DNA of 64,000 nucleotides, taken from contig OZ059900.1 in the NCBI GenBank assembly GCA_964057225.1, forward strand, positions 7,130,001 to 7,194,000, written 5' to 3'. The stretch is from Auanema rhodensis. Lineage: Eukaryota > Animalia > Nematoda. The notes under the pieces are model-generated. The model ran no database searches, was not told the origin of the DNA, and saw only the letters and a list, made by a program, of their open reading frames with translations. This document shows positions 14,540 through 27,372 of this stretch, piece after piece; the stretch's first letter is position 1, and every line of letters starts with the position of its first letter. The translations under genes were made by a program, and so were the position numbers.

Positions 14540-15809
14540 TAATTCATCTAAACGCTGGTTAAAATAACCAAATAAGAATAACGATAATAGGAGATTGGAA
14601 TTATAAGAGAACTAGTCTCCTACTTGATGAGTTTGCTTTAACTAGCCTTAAGTAGTAAAAAGCTATTCATCAAAGTGAAGACACTTCTCATAAAATGTGA
14701 TATGATATTTTAAAACAATGAACTGACCTGCAAATCTGACATGTATAAACATTTTTTCATCATGCTGGAGCGATCTAGTTTGCCACGAAAATGCTCAGAA
14801 ATAAAGACACTGGCAAATGGAGCTTAGTTCAGGGTAAGATCAAAATAAATTAGAAAAAAGTCGTTGTTAAAATAGTAATTGAATTGAGAAGATCCGCATA
14901 TGTATTACTTGATATTTTCACCGATGAAATAACGGAATAAGACTTTCGCTAAGCCGTGAAAAGCCGAAGTTTGGTGACTACAAACTAGCCAATCAACTGA
15001 CTAATTCAGAAAATATAGCGCCGTCGATTCAGATAAGAGCGACTAAACTGCCACGTATCAGCTTTTCAAGAGACATATGATCAATTATAGATAAGAAAAC
15101 GGCGAAAATAGTTTCTATGTCGACATAAAATATTAAAAAAAAATTTTTTTCTATATTATTTCATAGAATATACAAATTTAAACAAATGTATATTTATATA
15201 TATTTTGGCAATAGAAAAGGTTAAAAAAACATAAGGCTATTTTTCATTTTGAATCTTTCAAAACATTTTGTTCATACAACTTTGACGAAAATAAATCCAA
15301 AATTTTTTTAAAAGTTTGTTAATCAATGATACACATTAAGAGCAAAGACTTACTTTATTGAAAAACATAGACTGTTTCTACGCATCACAGCTCTGGAAGG
15401 CGCCAAATGAACCAGTGCATGCAATGGATGAAGTATTGCATCGTAAATACTGCTTAAATATCTTATCAATTAAAGATAAGGCTTCAGATTGAAACTGAAT
15501 GAAAATAAATTTTTCACTTTTGATTCTGAAGAAGGAATTTCAATTAATCTGATAGAAAAATCAAATGATCTTGAATGAATTCCTAGTTTTGGAAAATGAA
15601 TTGTTCATTTCAACTTTATATATAACTCTATGGCATTATCTTCTTATCTCAGTCAACGATACATTGAAAAATCGCTTTGAAAATTCTTCTTATCTTATTT
15701 AAAGACAAATCAACAAATATGGAATGTTTTATTAATCATCACATAATCTTTTTTTAATATCTAGTGCGTTATTAGTAGTTCACACTATACACTATACAAG
15801 TTTACGTAC

Positions 15810-16701
15810 TCAATACCAGTTAAGATCAAGATCAACGGAGCAAGGTCCCTTGAAATCTCCAGCGTATTGATGAATGTTTGGCTTAGACCATCCTCCGAAT
15901 GGAACAAATCCGGAATAATCTTGATGTCCGTTGTAGTTGGCCCACCAGAGGTTCTTGTGTCCGTAGTGGTTCCAGTTTCCGACAATGCTGCCCCAGTTGT
16001 AGTTGTTGGTGTAGATTCCCCAGTTGACTTTCAAGGCATCAAGCTCGTTACCCATGCGAGTAATGAATTGTTGGTTTGCAACCTTGTTGGCAGACCAGGC
16101 AAAGACTTCAACATCAAGCCAGAGCATACCATATTGAGCTCCTTCAGCGTGAAGGCGGTTGACTGTGTTTCTGACCTGAAAAAATGCGTTGAGAAACGTT
16201 CAGTAAGATTCTTAAGCATATATCGCAAGTTCAAATAAAATACGCACTTGTTGTTCAGGAGTTGGGCAGTTGCTGCGAAGGCATGGGAAGATGTATCCAT
16301 CAACATACTTCCATCCAGCTTGACGTGCGTGCTTGATGTTAGCAATACCGGTCTCATCATAATTTCCTACACTTTCCCAGACTCTGGCAATGAAGAAGCT
16401 GTATCCGTTCTTAGCCAAACATTGGAAAGTAGCGGAGGACATAGGCTGAAACCAATCTAGTTAAAATATCAAGTTATGTTTTCACTTACTTGGATGGCAT
16501 CAAAACCAGTGGTGGCAACAGCTGTGCCAACGAGGGCAGCTAAAAGAACAAACCTGAAAAGAGAAATAATAAGGGTCTGATGATACTTCTTAAAACTGTT
16601 ATATGCTTTAGTTTACTCAAGAGCGTTGAAACACTTTGGTGGGAAAGTGTTTCCTCGGTCAAAAGCCAGCAGAAAATTTGGAAACAAACTCACTTCATCA
16701 T
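15810..16701 (-). CDS. Secreted protist-type (Entamoeba-like, GH25-related) lysozyme, lys-4/5/6/10-like family
   Basis: Four exons (~16701-16694, ~16553-16490, ~16445-16248, ~16175-15810) give the signal peptide [16 protein letters not shown], then [63 protein letters not shown]...MLWLDVE...[10 protein letters not shown]...LWWANY...[15 protein letters not shown]...[10 protein letters not shown]. These are the hallmark motifs of nematode LYS proteins. Confidence 0.93.
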
Positions 16702-16719
16702 CTCAGCAAGACAACTGAG

Positions 16720-16842
16720 TTCGTCTTATCTCAGGCAGCTCATTAATAAGTCAAGGACCGTCTGCTCGTTTGTGGTTTCATCTCTACTCTCATGCGGTCA
16801 GTGTTTAAGCTTATCAGTCGTATGAGATTTTAAAGATAAGAT
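16720..16842 (-). promoter_or_regulatory. GATA-site cluster upstream of lysozyme (intestinal ELT-2-type)
   Basis: ACTGATAAG on the minus strand at ~16810-16818, plus AGATAAGA at ~16724-16731 (-) and ~16834-16841 (+), all within 150 bp of the ATG. TGATAA sites are the established signature of nematode gut genes. Confidence 0.55.
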
Positions 16843-17151
16843 CATTAGTATAGCAAACAATAAATATTTTTTGATCTGAGAACTTTTATATAAAGTTTCC
16901 AATGAAACAACAACTAACTAGAAATATTGAATTTACAAATTCATTTCACAAAAATAAAAATTCATATGGAACAAGAATAAAATAAAATTTACAAATCCGT
17001 TTGTTTTGGTTCACTTTCTTTAAAATGTGGTTTGAATACTTCGGAATCATTAGTATCCTATAATATTTTACTGCTAACAGAAGTTTTTCATTAAGCTAGT
17101 ACTAATTTTACTTTATTCTTTAAAAAATTGTTCAATGATCTCACACAACTT

Positions 17152-20100
17152 CTAACATCTAACCTTTATCTTTTTATGAATGTTTTTTGTAAAGCGAACC
17201 TCAGACGATTGAAGACCAATTTCATCTTCCTCTATTAGTTGATCGTTTTTACGATTCAGCTCTAAATAAAATTAGTTCCGTTTTCATCTTTTGATATTGT
17301 TATCTATGTGAACTACCCATCGATTCTGATGCACTTCTTTCAGCTACAGAAGGTTCCGGTACATGCTTCATGCGTACGTGGAAATTATCTTCATCCCCAT
17401 ATTCATTGATAACGGGTAATACGACTCCGGTAGAAGTGCCGAGTGGCGCTGATAAAAATTAGATAGAAAACGAACTATTGGGAATTGCGTAAGCAGGAGT
17501 TTTGATTCATTTTATCAATAACTTTGTAATCGGAATCATTGCAGAATGTCAGCACATGACTTCTAAGCAAGCAATAAAGACCTACTTGTGGCTTTTTGTG
17601 AAATCAAATCGCATGTCGGTGAAAAGAAATTGCGCCTAAATCACGTGAGAATGAGAAGGAATGAAAAAAATTTGAAAATTGGGAACATACGAATGGCGGT
17701 TTGAACCCGGGAACATGTCGCAGCTTGACGGGGAATGCGGAAACAGCATACTTCCCCTGCAATAAAAGAATTTTCGCCATTGCAGCAAATTTTTATTCAA
17801 GCACAGACCTTGGAAAGTTTCGACTTAGAATACTTTCTGAACGAGTAAGAGCAGATGATCGGCGTGCTTGCATGACACCATTGAGTAGAGCATTCAAAAC
17901 AGGTGGAGTGTTAATAGAAACCTCAATTCCCGAGTGAGATATCATAACTTAAATTATTTGCATATATATATATGATATTTACATAACTATTTGTAACAAA
18001 CCACTGCTTTTTCGTTTTATATTCGAAGGGTAAGGGGAAGATTCACGACTATGATCTTCTGTTCTCCATTGAACATTTCCATAATTTTCTAGGTGAGCAT
18101 CATGCTCTATCACATCTAAATAAATATATTGTAAAGCTTAGAAAATGTTTGGCCAGAATGCAGTAGAATTCAACAAAACCTGGTGTTTTATCATGTCGAT
18201 CTATTACAATATCGTGGTTCTGATCCATAACTTCTTGTTGCTGATCTATCAATTGAAGGGCTAGCATATAGTGATTTTCCATCAACATCTGTCAAAATCA
18301 AATCAATTCACGTAAAAATATAAACGAACCTACCTGAATAATTGCAATAAATAATGATCCCATACAGAATCCCGGGAAATAAAAAAATAACAAAACTGAA
18401 AAGCATGCCTAATTTTCGACCATAAAAAATGTTTCACTCACTAAGTGCATTTCCCAAATTAGAAGGTACAACATCACCAAATCCTACTGTCGTAAATGAG
18501 ATTACTGTGAAATATACTGATGTAAAGAAATCCCAGCCTTCCAGATAGGAAAATGTTGCTGAGCAGCACATAATAAAAAATACCGCTATTAAAACATAAA
18601 GCCATATTGGAAACGTTTGGAAAATATCTTCATCCTCCTCCTGAAAAACTATTTTTTCAAATTTGATGATATGAATAGCGTTTTTCACCTCTTCGTCATC
18701 TTCATTCTTTGTTAGATTCATATGTTGCATTAAATCGATTGTTGACTTAGATTCCTTCTGTGATCTTCGAAACCAGCTTTTTGTTTTCCTATTAAACGAA
18801 CATAGTTAGGTAAACATTTGTGTCTAAGCTGCTCATTCTTACGATTTCAATGATAACCAAAAATCTAACAGTACACGTAATAGCGATTTACCCACTATAT
18901 TCATTGTAGTCAGCATAAGAGGTATACCAATTACACCATATGATATAGTTAATATTTTACCCAATAACGATTTACATGTAATATTACCATAACCTATTAG
19001 TAGCATGATTGAATATCAAGAAATATTAATACCTATAGTAGCTATTAAAGTGACAGTATAGAATACAGAATTGGCATACGTCCATTCCCAATCATTCATA
19101 TTAACTTTATCTTCAGCAGTGTGTTGCTCATATTGCTTAAGTTGCTCTGTCATTTCTTCAATACACGTGATGGCTGTCTGTTCAGCAGAAATAAGCACAT
19201 CAGTATCGTTAGTCTGCAACAGAACGCTAGACGCATTAAAAAAAGGTAGAAAATCACCTTCTTAATACAAGTATCATCAAGAAGCTGTTCAAGTATACTT
19301 TCTGAAAACTTTTTAATTCGAATCATGTCTCTCTGAAAATAGTGAATAGTTATATTAATAGATCTAACACTTGTGTAGAACAAATACTGCAAATACTTCT
19401 TATAATTTAAACCTTTGCTTGAAGCTTTTTCAATTCCTCATGAACGGGTTGTTCGATAAGCATGAATAAAAAACCTCCAAATAAAACAAATGCTACCAAA
19501 AACAATAAAAATAATACATGCTTATGACCTAAAATCAGTAAAAAATTAATAATTTTTCAATTTTAATATGAGTGAATACCCAAATAAAAAAATACCGATT
19601 TTCCCTGCCTCCATACATATTCAGATAGTGTTTCTCTGCTTTGTCCTGATCTAAGAAAAACATTTCATCTATTTTTTCGAATATCTTTCAGAAACTGTTT
19701 GTACTTGGATTCTCCATCATGTTCTCGGAAATCTAACGTTAATTCTCGTCTATAGTCATCAAAACCAGGACAAACTGATAGTATTGTAGAATCACGATCA
19801 AATGTAGGTAATCTGAATAAACATAAGTAACATCTTAAATTGCTCTGCGAATGGAAAATTGCTTAAAACATCTCAAATTTGATTTTGAACTACTATATCA
19901 CATCAGATATGAACCTGCCAAAGCTGTAGGTCGACATTCTATGAGGACCTGTAGGTGTCCGTGGAGTCATAATATTATCGAGATCACCTTGACTGCGTAT
20001 CACTGAATTTCGGTACTTTGTGGCACAATATCGCTTTAAGACCTGCTCAATTTAAGATACAAATGAATGAATATTAAAGAAATTTTTGAAACACTACCTT

Positions 20101-20166
20101 CATTGCATCTTTGGTCTGTTCTTCATCAAGCATGTGACACCTTCGAGATGGTACACGTTTAGCCAT
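17152..20166 (-). CDS. TWK-family two-pore-domain (K2P) potassium channel
   Basis: Multi-exon gene. TM1 HVLFLLFLVAFVFIGGFLFMLIE; pore 1 WTYANSVFYTVTLIATIG|YGNITC...GKILTISYGVIGIPLML; TM3 FPIWLYVLIAVFFIMCCSATFSYLEGWDFFTSVYFTVISFTTVGFGDVVP (pore 2); TM4 ILLFFYFPGFCMGSLFIAIIQ; long C-terminal tail ending KIKVRC*. The start codon (MAKRVPSRR) and tail exons are less certain. Confidence 0.9.
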
Positions 20167-20429
20167 AATGCCTATACTGGAAGCTTAATTAATGAAAGAT
20201 GGACAAGTCAAATGGACTTTTCTTCAATAAATCTAAGCTAGTTGAATCAAAATCCTTATAAAGTCTCATATATAGACTAATTAATATTATAGTTAAAAGA
20301 ACAAGATAAGTTCATTACATTCTCAATAAAAATACATTCAGGAATATTATTAAAAAATAACTGAATTCAAGAGCAAGACTAGGTCAGCACACTGCTTTGA
20401 GCCTATGGAATATCGAGTCGGTCGAACTT

Positions 20430-21474
20430 CTAGTCGACGATCTTAACAACAAACATTGACAGAATAGCTGTCAAAGACAGGACTATCATTAGATGAATAT
20501 TGGTGATATAGTGTTCAGCGTAACCTGAAAATTTATTAAGAAAAGGAAATGAAGTTATTCTAGTAATAAACATACTCAACATATCCTCATCACATTAATT
20601 GATAAAATGAAATAATGTATCAGAAAATACTCAACAAAGTATTGAAGTAGCATTCTTGTGTTCAACATCTATTTGTCTAACGTTTTTACGGAGATCATTA
20701 CGACATCTTGACAATATTTTTACCTCTCACTTTTTTCTGTTGAAGCTACTTGTGGGTTTCAATCATATTTTTCAGCCAAAAAAATTAAAACTCTGAAAAC
20801 ATTGGGGAAAAGGAACGTTACGTTGACTTTATTCTAACTCTCTTTGTAACTTACATAGATACAATATCATTATCTGTGCTACAGAGCATACCAGGTTTGT
20901 ATCATTTTGGAATTGCGCTTCATATATATATATATATTATATTTTGCATTTTCATGTCATTTTTGAAGATATTCTCAACTTTTTACATTATTTCTTCATA
21001 ACAATACAGTCTATTTCCTGTTTCATGAGATCAAAAAAACTTATTAGATTGAGAATAAACATCAAAAACACGGGGAAAATGTTGAAAAAGAAATTGATGA
21101 TGTGCTCAAAATATACATTTCATGTTTCCCAACAACTTTTATAAATTTTTTCTTTTGTTAAAATTCGATTTCAAAAAAACTCTTTTGTTATTTTCCGCAT
21201 TCATAATTTTTCCTTTTATTCATTAAGAACGAATTTTTCCTTCTTATGAATTTGTTTTTTTTTGTTATTTGGTTATTTTTTTCAAATCGTATACTGTGTT
21301 CAAAGAATTAATTAGCTTTTTCAATTTTATTAATATTGTAATCTTTTGTATTATCGTTGACATAATAGGAATCTTGGCTTTTTCTTCTATTTCAACTTTC
21401 TCATTTACTTTTTAACTTGTTCTAATAATTCTCCGTAATTACATAAGACTTACCTTTAAAAATGCATACAGTTC
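20430..21474 (-). pseudogene. Possible small multi-exon gene or decayed gene with hydrophobic C-terminus
   Basis: A terminal-exon-like segment at 20524-20430 follows ttttcag (YAEHYITNIHLMIVLSLTAILSMFVVKIVD*). A 21-nt microexon-like segment at 21474-21454 has strong ttttag/gtaagt sites, with Cys-containing fragments in between. I could not build a continuous clean ORF. Confidence 0.25.
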
Positions 21475-24400
21475 CTAAAAAAAACAGCGATAAGAAATAA
21501 ATAGTATATCGATGAGAAGTGAATACTTGAAACGTCTTTCAATGATGTTATTCATCATTTGAATAAGGAATGAATGGAAGTTCCTTAGAATAATCAAACA
21601 GCTTCTTGCCAGAAACTATCAATAGAATACTAAGATTCATTTTTCTACAACTTGTTCTCTCCAATTTTGTTGTAGTTTATATCCAACTGCGTTTTCACAG
21701 TCAAAAAACGAATTGGTATCGATATCTCTTTCAGTCCTACGAGGTAGAGCAGCTTTTGTCCAAAACATATAGATGGGACAACTGTTTGTGAGAAAACAAT
21801 TGTCCTCAATGTATCTTTCAAACTAATGGGTTAAACATGCTTTTAATCTCGTAATTCCAAAATTTTTGTTTTAGGAAGTAACCTAGTAGTCATAATTACA
21901 CCCATCGCCTATCAGCACAATATAACCTAATTTACATTTATTAATCAAGCAGAAAAAAGTTCACGTTTTCTACAGGCATATAACTGTTTATCATCGTTAA
22001 CATAAAAAGTGTTGAAAAAAAATTTTTTATTTGAGACAAAAGTGAGAGTTTTTTATTTTCATTTCACAAATAATATGAAAAGGATGTGGTTCAACTTCCT
22101 TTTGTATAAATGATCACAAATCTTGGTTTATGCTTCTATTCATTTTATATCTATAATTTTTCTCAAAAAGAAAAAGAAAATCTTTTATATTAGAAAGAAT
22201 AGTGAGATATTAGATCAAATGGCATAATGAATGAATTCTTTTGACATGCCGTGACTTACTAATCTGAAAGACAATAGAATTTTTTAAAATGGAAAAAAAG
22301 TATTAATTCTAATGTATAATATATTTCCATATAAGTTATTATACTGAACATAAAGACTAATGATAATTCTTGTGCACATAGTTAGAAATAAGACTTTAAC
22401 TTAAAGATCTGTTTTTCTCATTTCTCATGAAGCATATAAAACGTTTTTTTTTAAATACACATTTTATTCTCTTGGAAATTATAATCTTCATGTTTACAAG
22501 GTACACTTAACCATTACTCGTTTTTTACTTTAAAAAAATGTCTCCAAGCTTTTTTTAATAATCAAACATGTGTTTTGAACATTTACTAATTTATTGAAGA
22601 GGTTTATTCCTTCCATCTGTCCTTTTAATGTAAGAACAATGAACAGTTTCTCAGTTCTCTGTATGGCTTTGAATACATCTATGACAAGATTTTTACATTT
22701 ATTAAACTGAAGTTTTTTAATTTTTAAAAGTCACCTTGTTCTTTGGTAAAAAAACTATATTATCAGGAAGAAACTATTCTCTCAGTCTGCAGCTGCAGTT
22801 CTGAAAAATCTCCTGATTTCTTAGTTTAACAGCCGTATTCGCCAAAAGAAAGGCCTCCCAAGAGAAGAAAATTTTTCTAAGAGGATTGAAATTTTGGAGA
22901 AAAATGAGAGATAAGAAGATGTGACAGCTAGGAGACGAATGAAGTACACCTTCTGAGCGTTCAGTGATATGTCTCAAAGCGATTTTAACTTCTTTTTCAT
23001 CTCACAAATACAAAACTTCACAACGTTTTGTTTTTTATTCATTCTTATCTTTCTAATGATTTTGCCCTGTTTTTCAGCTGTCTTTCGGTTGAAGTATATA
23101 CAAAAAAGATTTTTCCGTTTTAATTATGTATATTTTTTGTTAAAACTAAGGCATCACAAAATAATCGTAGAAGTTAATAATTCTAAATATTGATGGAACA
23201 ACTGCTAACCTCTTATCTGCCTCATTGTTCTGCCTACTTTTGAAAACCAACCCACGCGACACAAACTAGCATGCTGCCACTATGATCTCTGAGAAAAGAA
23301 GTGCTTTTAAAGCCTATCTTTTTGTTTCATGACCACTTTCCTGCTGCTTTTATTGTATTGGAGAGTGCCAACCTAAAAGTTTTCTCTTCAGTTCTTTTTT
23401 CTTACAATATACGACGTGCCAATGTATAAGTTACATCTTTAGTAGCTTTTGTGGTGGTTTGTTTTCTTTTATTCTACCTGTTTGCCTATTTTTGAATTAT
23501 CTATACATGAGCCATCGTGCATGAACATTGAAACAAATAAATTTTCAGCCGATACGTAATCAAAGAGTTAAGTAGCAACAGCACAACCACATATCTTCTG
23601 CATGGTGTCTTTTTGATTATAGGGGTATCTATAGTTATATACATATATCTATTGGGCTGTTTGTTCTTAGAGTGTTCAGCCTTATTCAGTTTCTGGCCTT
23701 TCCTGTTAATACTTTCTATTTCAAGTCAGCATTTGCTTGTAGGCGGAGTTTTATTTTTGGGCACCTACATTAAAGTTCATAAAATCAGTTGATGAATTCT
23801 GTCGCTTTCGTGCAAGTTTTCCGAACTGTACTCTAAAGTGTCTGGATGTTAGCATTTGTTTCCTTATGGTCTGTGCTCAAAACTCCAAAATAAAGACAAT
23901 GATCATCAGTTTGTTTATAATTCTAAAAATTCTCTATACTTATTCTTGTAAATATAAAAACATTATATGATTGAGTGAAACATTCTTCTAAAAATATGTA
24001 AATTCCCTTTTTTAGAGAATTATTTTAAAACACCTGTCAAAATGACTAACATGCACCTGTTACCCTTTCTCCCTTTTCTGATAATTGCAGATGCAAAAGA
24101 GATATTATAAATGGCGTATTGTTCCAAGTAATTATGGACAAGTTATTAATAAGAAGTGTTTTTCTATGCTCTCATTATCTCGCTATTACGTTATTCACCG
24201 CTGAAAACCAGCATTCTTATCCTTTCTATCAAACTCTTTTCATGACAGGTAATATTTCTATGTATATATCCGTTAGTTTCTATCTACTGAATTGGTGATC
24301 AACAATACACAAATCTGTTAAATTACACTTGAATAATCTTATAAATATCTAAGATTTTTCTATTGTAATTAAAAGTAATTATATATGTTAATGAATCTTA

Positions 24401-24627
24401 CATTTCGTGTAACCATAGCTGAGATATTAATAAACTTAACATTAAAGTTTACATCAGTTCTATTAATAATTCATCTATAACTTGAATCAAATTCTTGATT
24501 TTTTTCTTTGAAAATATCATATGTATTATGAAAAAAGTTTCGTGATTAAGTCTAAGCTTTACCTTACATTCAACCAATCAATACAATTTCTTACTTTCAT
24601 CTTATCCTTGAAAGTAGTATTTTTCAG

Positions 24628-26090
24628 ATGAACAGTTTTCTTCTTTTTTGTTTGTTGGCCGTTTCTGGCATTCATGGTGTTGCAAGCAACAAAGAAGATA
24701 AATTATCAGTATGTTATTATATCTCGAAAAATTATATTCCGTTTATTAAGATCTTCGAATATAAGCAACCAATCTGTAAAATGGAGCAAAGCTGCTCATA
24801 CAACGCTTTTGGGCATCATATTGAAGTTTGTTCGTGCTCTGAGCATACTAAATGTGGAAGTAAGCCAGGGGTTGTAACACACGGGGTAGGGTATAAGGTA
24901 TGACTTGTTTATAAATTTAAGTAAATATTTGTAAAACTAACTGTTTGAATAAATATGTCTAAAGTACAATAAGCTTAGAAAATGCGTTGAGAAGGTAAAA
25001 AATAATTCATGAAAGTGAATTAATAATTATAAGTAAGATGCTTATACCTAAATTTTTTTAAATAATTTGATTAAGTCTTCAATTGTTATTAAAACTTAAT
25101 TTATAAGTTAGGATAGGAATTACATCCTAAATTAAAACTATCTAAACTTTCATGATTCATGATTCATATACCATTAAACTTTTGAGATTTTTAGATTATT
25201 ATTAAAGCTTCAAAAAACAATATATTATGTAATATATTTGTATAACAAAGAGTTAGTCAAAAATTAATTAAATTCACATAACAATGGAAGATATAATATG
25301 ATATAATACTGCTCATTGTCATCCAAAGCAAATCCCGGAACTAAATCTGTAATGACTATATGAAACGGCATGATGCAAATAGTTCCTCATTTTCAATTCT
25401 ATTAATACATTAATAATTGTTCATTTTCTCAAATACTAGATTTTAAACAAATTAATTGAAAAATGTATGCAAAATATAATTTAACTTTCTAAGCAATTTC
25501 TCATTGTTTTACAGTTCTGTGGAGACTACAAACCTGTGGCATGCAAGCCTGATGATATTAGCCATGTTATCGAGGGTATTCAAATTTCTATCTTTTGCTC
25601 GTGCCCAGAACATGCTCAATTAAATCGTGAAGAATTAAACACTGCTGATGATATCGGGTTCCGTTGTATTTTTGTAAGTTTATGGATAATTCTTTTCAAA
25701 ATTTATTAGACTAAATACTTTCTACTTTTAATCTGTTGAAAATATATTGTTCATTAATTTTCAATAACCCAAAACAATCAAGAAACTGAGTATTAACTCC
25801 AGCTTCATTCAGAAAAGCGATCATTACAAATATATCCCCAAATCAGAACAAGACGAGCGAGAAATTTTTCTTAAGCACGCTACCATTCTTGGTAAGCTGA
25901 TCGAATACTGCCCATTTATTATACATACGTTGCAGGTAATACTGTACTACATAAAAAAGCCCAGGCACCCAGAGTTCATACTCAGGTTAGATATACATAT
26001 TAACAATATGCTTTATCATTTTTTAAGAATGAGTACAAGCCAAATCATCTTAATCGCGCTTATCATCCTAAGCAATCCGCCAGTATTTAA
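24628..26090 (+). CDS. Secreted cysteine-rich protein with Argos/giant-lens-like cysteine pattern
   Basis: ttttcagATG start. Exons ~24628-24708, 24751-24897, 25513-25673, 25812-25891, 25936-25985 and 26028-26090. Signal peptide MNSFLLFCLLAVSGIHG; core PICKMEQSCSYNAFGHHIEVCSCSEHTKCGSKPGVVTHGVGYKFCGDYKPVACKPDDISHVIEGIQISIFCSCPEHAQ...IGFRCIF with 10 Cys; polar/basic tail. Confidence 0.8.
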
Positions 26091-27329
26091 TGGAACTGTG
26101 TTTGTTTTCTTTTAACAATGTATTAAGAAATGACATTTCAAATATCTTGTCTACGTAGATGTACTTGCCAATAAATTGCTATGTAACAGCAGATGTATTA
26201 GTTTCTAATTTTACTAGTTTTTCATTTACTTTGGAGATAATTTGCAGCTTTCATCTCGAACTTCTTAATATTATATTATTCTTTATTTCTTGGAACAAAT
26301 AAAATAAATATCTGAAAATCGTATCACCTATAATGAAAAAAAGTTTTGAATGTTTTCAAAAATAATCATTAAGTAATCGAAAAGTGTTACCAAACAATTA
26401 TTCATTGATTGTCTGTTTTTTGCTAAGAAAGTGAAGAATGTAACCATTAAGCTCGAACAACAAAATATAAACTGTATACATATATATTATATATATTAGG
26501 TGTGCGCAAAAGTTTCTGGTGATCCGCATTACAATTTGAATAAAAATATAAAAATTAAAATAGCCATAATCCAAATTCAATCAATCAACCAACCAATTTA
26601 ATATATATATATATATATGTATAGTATTTGTTCTCAATTTTGTTTAATGTTTTTTTATTCTGTGACAGAGATGAATATATCCAAATAATGTACCTGATCA
26701 GCAAGGGCAAGTATCATCTTTAACGGCTTGTCTGATGAATAACAATATAGCCTTGACAGCTGTTGTCTAAACGAATCAAAGTTCACATTGTATTGTGATT
26801 ATTCAGTTTTTAATAAATATCCTTCTGATTAACACTCGATCTACAACACCAAATCGGAATATACAGTGTTATAAATGATTTTCATTGTATTCCTATAGAT
26901 AAAAATAAAAACAGAGGTATTTCACACTAATCAAGTATTGCTTCCTTTTTCAAAATTTGTTTTTCTTGTAAGTACTTTATCAAATAATATTACTCAAGTC
27001 ATCAAACAGAAATTATAATATAGACATTTTTACTTAAAGTTCAAATTTGAGGTTCAGGATGATCAAGGGGAGAAGTTTGACTGAAAGTCGGAGAAAACTT
27101 TTTTCATTTCTTCTAAAATCTTAATCTATATTATCTTTTCTTTATTTGAAACATATAGGTTCATGTAATTTTTCTATGTTCTCCAATATTCATTATGCTT
27201 TTTTCTGAAAGCCTGGTTATCGGGTTTTCGTTTTTAAATTTCTTTATATATTTCTCTAGTTCCTCCGTTAGAAATCTGAAACGTTTCCTCATCTGCGTCT
27301 CTTTGTCGTTCTACACGATTTCTGCGTTT

Positions 27330-27333
<4 letters not shown>

Positions 27334-27366
<33 letters not shown>
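27334..27366. repeat. (CT)n microsatellite
   Basis: Directly visible run of ctctct. Confidence 0.9.

Positions 27367-27372
<6 letters not shown>

Noticed and set aside
15867-16460. Plus-strand ORFs of 123 aa and 70 aa over the lysozyme
   Set aside because: They are antisense shadows of a codon-biased gene.
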